A stretch of 64,000 nt of DNA, from NCBI RefSeq assembly GCF_963921235.1, contig NC_086108.1, forward strand, positions 65,908,001 through 65,972,000, given 5' to 3'. Positions 58,101 through 64,000 of this stretch are shown here, piece after piece (the stretch's first letter is position 1; every line of letters starts with the position of its first letter). Position numbers and translations under genes: made by a program. Under the pieces are notes generated by a model. The model did not search any database. It saw nothing but the letters and a program-made list of their open reading frames with translations, and had not been told where the DNA came from. The DNA is from Mobula hypostoma (lineage: Eukaryota).

Positions 58101-60669
58101 GATAGTGATCTGTAGAATAACTTCTCATATTATACTTGAGTGCTTGAAGAACATGCTGCATGATATGTTTGGATTGTTTCTGATTGCAAGTTTAACAAAA
58201 AAAGTCAGTGTTCCTGCATAGATTCTTTTATTAATCCATCCTTAATTATGTTTTACAGATTGAAAATGCTTAGGCTAGAAATATTCAGTTTCCTTCATTT
58301 AATTCATCATAAATAAATGTAAACATGGATACCTGCCAAAGGTTAATTAATTTCATATTATAATTTTAAAACCTTTCAGTAAATGTTTTCCTTGCTGCCA
58401 TCACAAATATTCAAAAAGATTAACTAACTCTGTCAAGACATCAGTAGCTTTATTTGTCAATGTTGCAGTGGAGTGATCTTAAATTCAGATGGGAAAATTG
58501 TTTTAATCCATTCCATTGCGTTTTAAATTAACACTGCGCTCTTGAGCATTGTGTTACACTTGATCCACTGTTGAAACCTTGTCTGGTCCAGCCATCACTT
58601 TTGAGACACTGTAGAGTTATTATCCTGATTAGTTTACAAGAATTACAGTGGGAACTGGCATGATTGATAGTTTTTATCTAGCACAAGCCCCTCCCTCTAC
58701 TCATGATCTTGGGATGAGTGATCTGGTGGGGAGTGTTGAGAGGGGGCAAAGGTCGCCAGCGAATTAGGTAGTTTTCAGGGATTGATTCAGAATATTTGGT
58801 CTCCGAAAGACCTTGAGCAAGTCAGAATGCAAGAAATTAGATAGAAGTTAATTGCTTTACGTCAAATACTAACTAATGTGAAAAAGAGTCATGCGTTTAT
58901 TTCCTCTGTTGTAGTTACTGAATCAAGTAAATCCTGTGGTAATCACTGTTCTATATGTATAGTTACTCTCTGCGAAAAGAAACAACTTATTTGGCTACAT
59001 TTTCTCTCACATATAAAATTTTAGGTCCAGGTTTGAAAAATTGGAGCTGAAAGAGGTATTGAATATTTAGTTTTGATGATAAGGGGTCTGGCATTATTTA
59101 TACCAACGTTTATTAGTCAGTTAGATATTGAAGACATCCTTAAATGCAAAAATGTTCTGACCATGAAAGATTGTAACCACAGCAATAATAACTGTATTTT
59201 ATTTTTATAACCAATGTTTATCAATACTTCAATAATGGTTGTTACTACTTTCATAAAATGATATACTAAACAGCTAGAAATTGTACCATCTCCTCAAAGC
59301 ATCTGTGTTAAATATTTCAAAATGGATACTCACCTGATCAAGTGAACCCACTTCATTGCCATAGCAGCCAGAATCCTAGAAGGTTACTTTTTGTCATTGC
59401 ACAGAATAAAACCTTACCTTTCATTGGCTTCATGCACTGTTTGTAATGAGGAACAGAATATCGCTGATGTGTTACTCTATAGAAAGCATTCTTGTAGCTC
59501 CCTCCCTGCTCTACAATTCCCTGACAATGCTTGATTATAGGGTATAAGTGTGCACTCAGTTCAAACCATTCCCCGCTTCATTGTGCACTCAACAGGCATG
59601 AAACTCTGTTAGTGAGAGTGCACTTTCAGTCTTTTTATCCTCTCTGACAGCACTGGCACAGCACTTATAGACCTGGCTGGACTGTTTTGCTTTTCAATAG
59701 GTTTCTTGTGATGTTAAAGGATTAAGTAAAAAGAAATATAGCCATGATTGAATTTAATAAAGATCTAGAGAGATGTAATTTTTTATTACGAATATTTGAA
59801 TGACAATATAAGGGGGACCTTTCAATTTTCTTTAATGTTTACGTTCATTGTCCATTCAGTGGGAAGTTGGAAGAAGGGAAAGGAAGTTTTTTGCTCTACT
59901 GTTTTATGGCCTCTGTTACTTACTCTGGAAAATGCTGGAAATATCAGCAAGTCAGGCAGGAGTCTCAAAGTGAGAAACAGAGTTAATATCTCAGGACAAT
60001 GATCTTTTATCAAATGAGGGGAAAAAGTCCAAATGATCAATATAGAGGAAGGTAATTCATTGGTAACTTAGTTTTACAGTTTTTGTTGAGCTAGAACTGA
60101 CCTATGGTATGTGTATAAAGGTGTTAAATAAAACTAATAATTTAAATAAGGTTATAAAGGAGGGAGTAGAGTTTGTTTTAACACCCACTGTTTGCTATTC
60201 ATAGATAATGAGGGAGCATTGGTGCAAGGAATAGTGTAAAGTAGTACTTCAAAATGGGAAGATGGTGAATTTCTGTGGGATAAGAGGACAGCTAAGGAGG
60301 TTGAATTAGAGCCAGAAATTGATAGGAAAAGATATATGACATAGGAGAAGTCAGAAGAAGAATTAAAAGATGGAGGAGATATTTTGGGTACAGATGATAT
60401 ACATTAAATGAGGAGGAGAAATAGAGTAAAGCAAAACCGAGGCTTCTTGGATGATGAGGGAAATAAAAATTTTCAGGGTGGGAAGGGGCTGGGCACAAAA
60501 AGACGGTGCATGAAGCAGAAACTGATAAGAGAAAGCACGCGAAAAATAAAAATGGCAAAGACAATAAGACTGGAATGGCAGTTCATATTCAGATCTTTAC
60601 ACATCTTGTAGAATCTACTACATTTAGATTAATGTTTACGCATTGGGTTTAATTGAATCTAACCCACTC

Positions 60670-61330
60670 CAGGCTTCATTGAGGGGTCAGCTGTTGAAAG
60701 GGCGAGCAACTTCAAGTTCCTAAGTGTCAACATCTTGGAGGATCTAAATTAGACGCAGCACATTGATTCAGTCATGAAGAAGGCATGCTAGTAGTTCTAC
60801 TTCATTAAGTGTTTGAAGAAATTTAGCATGTCACCAAAAACGCTTGCAGCTTTCTACAGATGTACATTGGGAAGCATGCTGACTAGTTGAATCACAGCCT
60901 ATAATGGAGGTTTCAATGCACACGATCACAAGAGGTGGCAAAGGGTTGTATGCTCAGCCAACTCAATCACGGGCACAATCCTCCTCGTCACTGAGGACAT
61001 CTTCAAGAGGAGATGCCTCAAGAAGGTGGTATCCATTACTAATGACCACATCCTCCAAGACATGCCTTCTCTATACTACCATCAGGGAGGAGGTACAGGT
61101 GTCTAAAGACCCAGTGGTTCACTTTAGGTGTCTAAAGTCACTGATTTAGGAACAGTTTTTTGCCTCTCCACCATCAGATTTTTGAGCAGCCCTATTAACA
61201 CATGAACGCTACCTTGTCATTCTTTTTTTTGTGCTATTTAATTTTGTAACTTATAGGGATTTTTAATGTCTTTTCACTTCCACAGAATAAATTTCATGTA
61301 TATATGACAGTGATGCTGAACCTAATTCTG
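60670..61330 (+). mobile_element. Rex1/Babar-like LINE 3' fragment
   Basis: VERASNFKFLSVNILEDL, FYRCTLGSMLT, LPSGRRYR remnants. Confidence 0.7.
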
Positions 61331-61384
61331 ATTATGTCTATGTCAGATTGTAGTAAGTTGTTCATTTATTTGCTTTGTATTTAT

Positions 61385-61661
61385 TGAGATACAGCGTGGA
61401 ATAAGCCCTTCTGGCCCTTCGAGCTACACCACCCAGCAATACCCTGATTTAAAGTGAGTCTAATCATGGGACAATTTACAATGACCAATTAACCTAACAA
61501 CCAGCACATCTTTGGACTGTGGAATGAAACCGGAGCACCTAGAGGAACCCCATGTGGTCACGGGGAGAACATACAAACTCTTTCCAGGTAGCGGCAGGAA
61601 TTGAACTTGAATCACTGGTACTGTAAAGCATTCTGCTAACCGCTGTGCTACCTTGCTGCCC
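61385..61661 (-). mobile_element. V-SINE/HE1-type tRNA-derived SINE, near full length
   Basis: Minus strand gggcagcaaggTAGCACAGCGGttagc (A box), GTTCAATTCC (B box), central ggtgctccggtttc..ccacagtccaaag, LINE-like 3' tail. Confidence 0.8.
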
Positions 61662-62164
61662 TGTTACAGGTCTCGATTTAACAACAGGACATGAGGTGCA
61701 GTTCTTCAGGCTTTTGTCAGGCTTTATCAAAACAGTATAAGACAAAATCAGAAAAGTCAGCATTGGAGTGAGATGGGGATCAAAGAGACAGATAGCTGGG
61801 AAGCACAAGATCACCCTTGCAGACTGAACACAAGAGCTACGAAAAGCAATTATCCAATTTGCCTTTAGCTTCTCCAGTCTTGAGGAAGCCACATTGTGAT
61901 CAGTTAGTGCTGTGCCTGTGATTGGAAGAAATACTTCTACTGGAAGGAGAGCTGGGGTCCATGAATGGCAGGGATAGAAGAATTAGAATAGCAGGTACTG
62001 TATCTCTTGCTGTGGCATGGACAGGTGCTTAACTGCTTTACCACAGTAAACAGAGGATAAGAGAGACAAACTGTGATAATCTGGCTCAAGAAATAGTGTA
62101 AGGACATTTCCAATAAGTTTAAGCAAGAGGATTTGACAAAAGGTTTGTCATCTATACCATAATC

Positions 62165-62935
62165 TGGATAATAATGGATCAGCAAATTTGCAGATAACAC
62201 CAAGAGTGGGGGTGTGGTGGACAGTGAGGAAGGCTACCATGGCTTGCAGTGGAATCTGCATCAGCTGGAAAAATCGGCTGAAAAATGGCCGATTGAATTG
62301 AATGCAGACAAATGCAAGGTTTTGCACTTTGGCTGGACCAAGCAGGATAGGTCTTACACAGTGAACAAAAGGCCACTGAGGAGTGTGGTAGAACAAAGCG
62401 ATCTGGGAATGCAGGTACATAATTTGTTGAAAGTGGTATCAAAGGTAGATAGGGTCATAGAGAAAACTTTTGGCACATTGGCTTTCATAAATCAATGTAT
62501 TGAGAACAAGAGGCAGGATGATATGTTGAAGTTGTAGAAGACGTTAGTGAGACCTAATTTGGATTATTGTGTGCAGTTTTGGTCACCTACCTACAGGAAA
62601 GATGTAAATAAGGTCGAAAGAGTACAGAAAAAATTTACAAGGATCTTGTTGGAGTTATAAGAAAAGATTGAATAGGTTAGGACTGTGCTCTTTAGAATGT
62701 AAAAGACTGAGAGGAGATTTGATAGAGGTATACAAAATTATGAGGGGTATAGATAGGGTAAATGCAAGCAGGCTTTTCCACTGAGTTTGGATGAGATTAC
62801 ATGGATGGTAGGGGTTTGGAGGGCTATGGTCCCAGTGCAGGTCAATGGGAGTAGGCAGTTTAAATGGTTTGGGTATGGACTAGATAGCCCAAAGGAATTG
62901 CTTCTGTGCTGTACTTCTCTACGATTCTATGACTG
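62165..62935 (+). mobile_element. CR1 LINE 3' fragment (degraded)
   Basis: KFADNTK, KCKVLHFG, LVRPNLDYCVQFWSP, RGDLIEVYKI; ttctatgact tail. Confidence 0.8.
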
Positions 62936-63397
62936 TAGGTAAAAGTTAGAAACAAAGATCATGGAATAGAATAACAGGCACTTGAAGAAATTTCAAGTCG
63001 TTATAGGCAAGCCTTTTTAAAATGTAAATTATATTGAATTTTTTGATGAAGTAAGGAAGAAGGTTGATGAAGAAAATGTGATGGGTGTTCTCTATTTGGA
63101 TTTTAATGAAATATTTGACAGAATACTATATTAACAGCTGGTGATCAATAATTAGGCTCATGGAATAGGAGAATCATTTTCAGCTCTAATAAGATAAATC
63201 AGCTTAAGGACAGAAAATAGTGAACTGTGGTGAATAGTTATTTTTTATATGGGAAGCTGTCAGACATTGGTGACCCAAATGATCTTTATAGGAATCACTG
63301 CCTTTTTGGATCCACAATAATGATTTGGATTTTAGAATCCAGAGTGAAATTCCTAATTTTGACAGTGATATAACCTTGGAAGGGTGGTGGGGGTGAA

Positions 63398-63778
63398 TGT
63401 ACATCTCTTACAAAGGAGGTATAAGGCGCACTTTCCCTCCGCTAGCCTGCAAGTCACCCTTGGGCAAGCTGTAGCTCTTCCTTAGCTCCCCACTCAGGGT
63501 CATGGGAACAGCTGGTGCATACCACAGGTCCTAGTTATGCACCCACTGACAGCAGGCAGACAATCTCTGAAGAGCATTGATAATGGCTGGGGTCATCCAC
63601 TCTTGTAAAGACACTGCGCAGAAGAAGGCAATGGCAAACCACTTCTATAGAAAAAATTGACAAGGACAATCATGGTCATGGATAGAGAAGAACTTCTCAG
63701 ATTAAAGATAAATGGAAGACCAGGACTATCCGCGTCATACGACATGGCACATGATGATGACGATGATGATTGATGATC
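63398..63778 (+). mobile_element. RTE-related SINE with (GAT)n tail
   Basis: Family shared with 2857 and 5715; agaaggcaatggcaaaccactt motif; gatgatgacgatgatgat tail. Confidence 0.6.
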
Positions 63779-64000
63779 CACTTGGAAGTTTTGCTGTGAG
63801 AATGCAATCAACTGCAACAAAACATAGATGGACTAGAAAGATGGGCAGGTAAGTGGTGGATAGAATTTAATACAATGAAATGTGTAAGAATATATTTTAT
63901 CAGAAAGGATGTGACAAGGAGATATAGATAGTTCAAAAGTGTGTGCTGGAACAGAAGGATTTGGGGATCATTTGAATTAATCTTTAAAGGTAAAAGGTGC

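Overview
Repeat-rich vertebrate nuclear DNA, probably from a cartilaginous fish (shark or ray), inferred from the CR1, V-SINE/HE1-type, Rex/Babar and Penelope repeat mix. The only confidently identified host gene is a complete six-exon UMP-CMP kinase, CMPK1 (+, CDS 21227..30479, 201 aa; 216 aa from an upstream in-frame ATG). About 13 kb upstream is a second CpG-island promoter (about 7400-8200) with seven CCAAT boxes at an exact 29-bp period. By tetrapod synteny it may drive STIL on the minus strand, but I found no STIL coding exon. The rest is transposable elements: a young CR1 LINE with an uninterrupted ORF2, other young and old CR1 copies, Rex1/Babar-like LINE and BEL/Pao remnants, two Chapaev3 DNA transposon derivatives, tRNA-derived and RTE-related SINEs, and many Penelope-like 3' ends carrying a minimal hammerhead ribozyme. 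The most interesting signals are: (1) a 760-bp fold-back Penelope-type insertion with a perfect 15-bp TSD and two opposed intact hammerhead motifs, inside the predicted CMPK1 3' UTR; (2) a T-TTA-AAC slippery heptamer at the CR1 ORF1/ORF2 junction followed by a conserved -1-frame peptide, suggesting programmed -1 frameshifting; (3) the phased CCAAT/GC-box promoter array. All calls were read by eye with no database search, so repeat boundaries are approximate unless a TSD or TIR is given.
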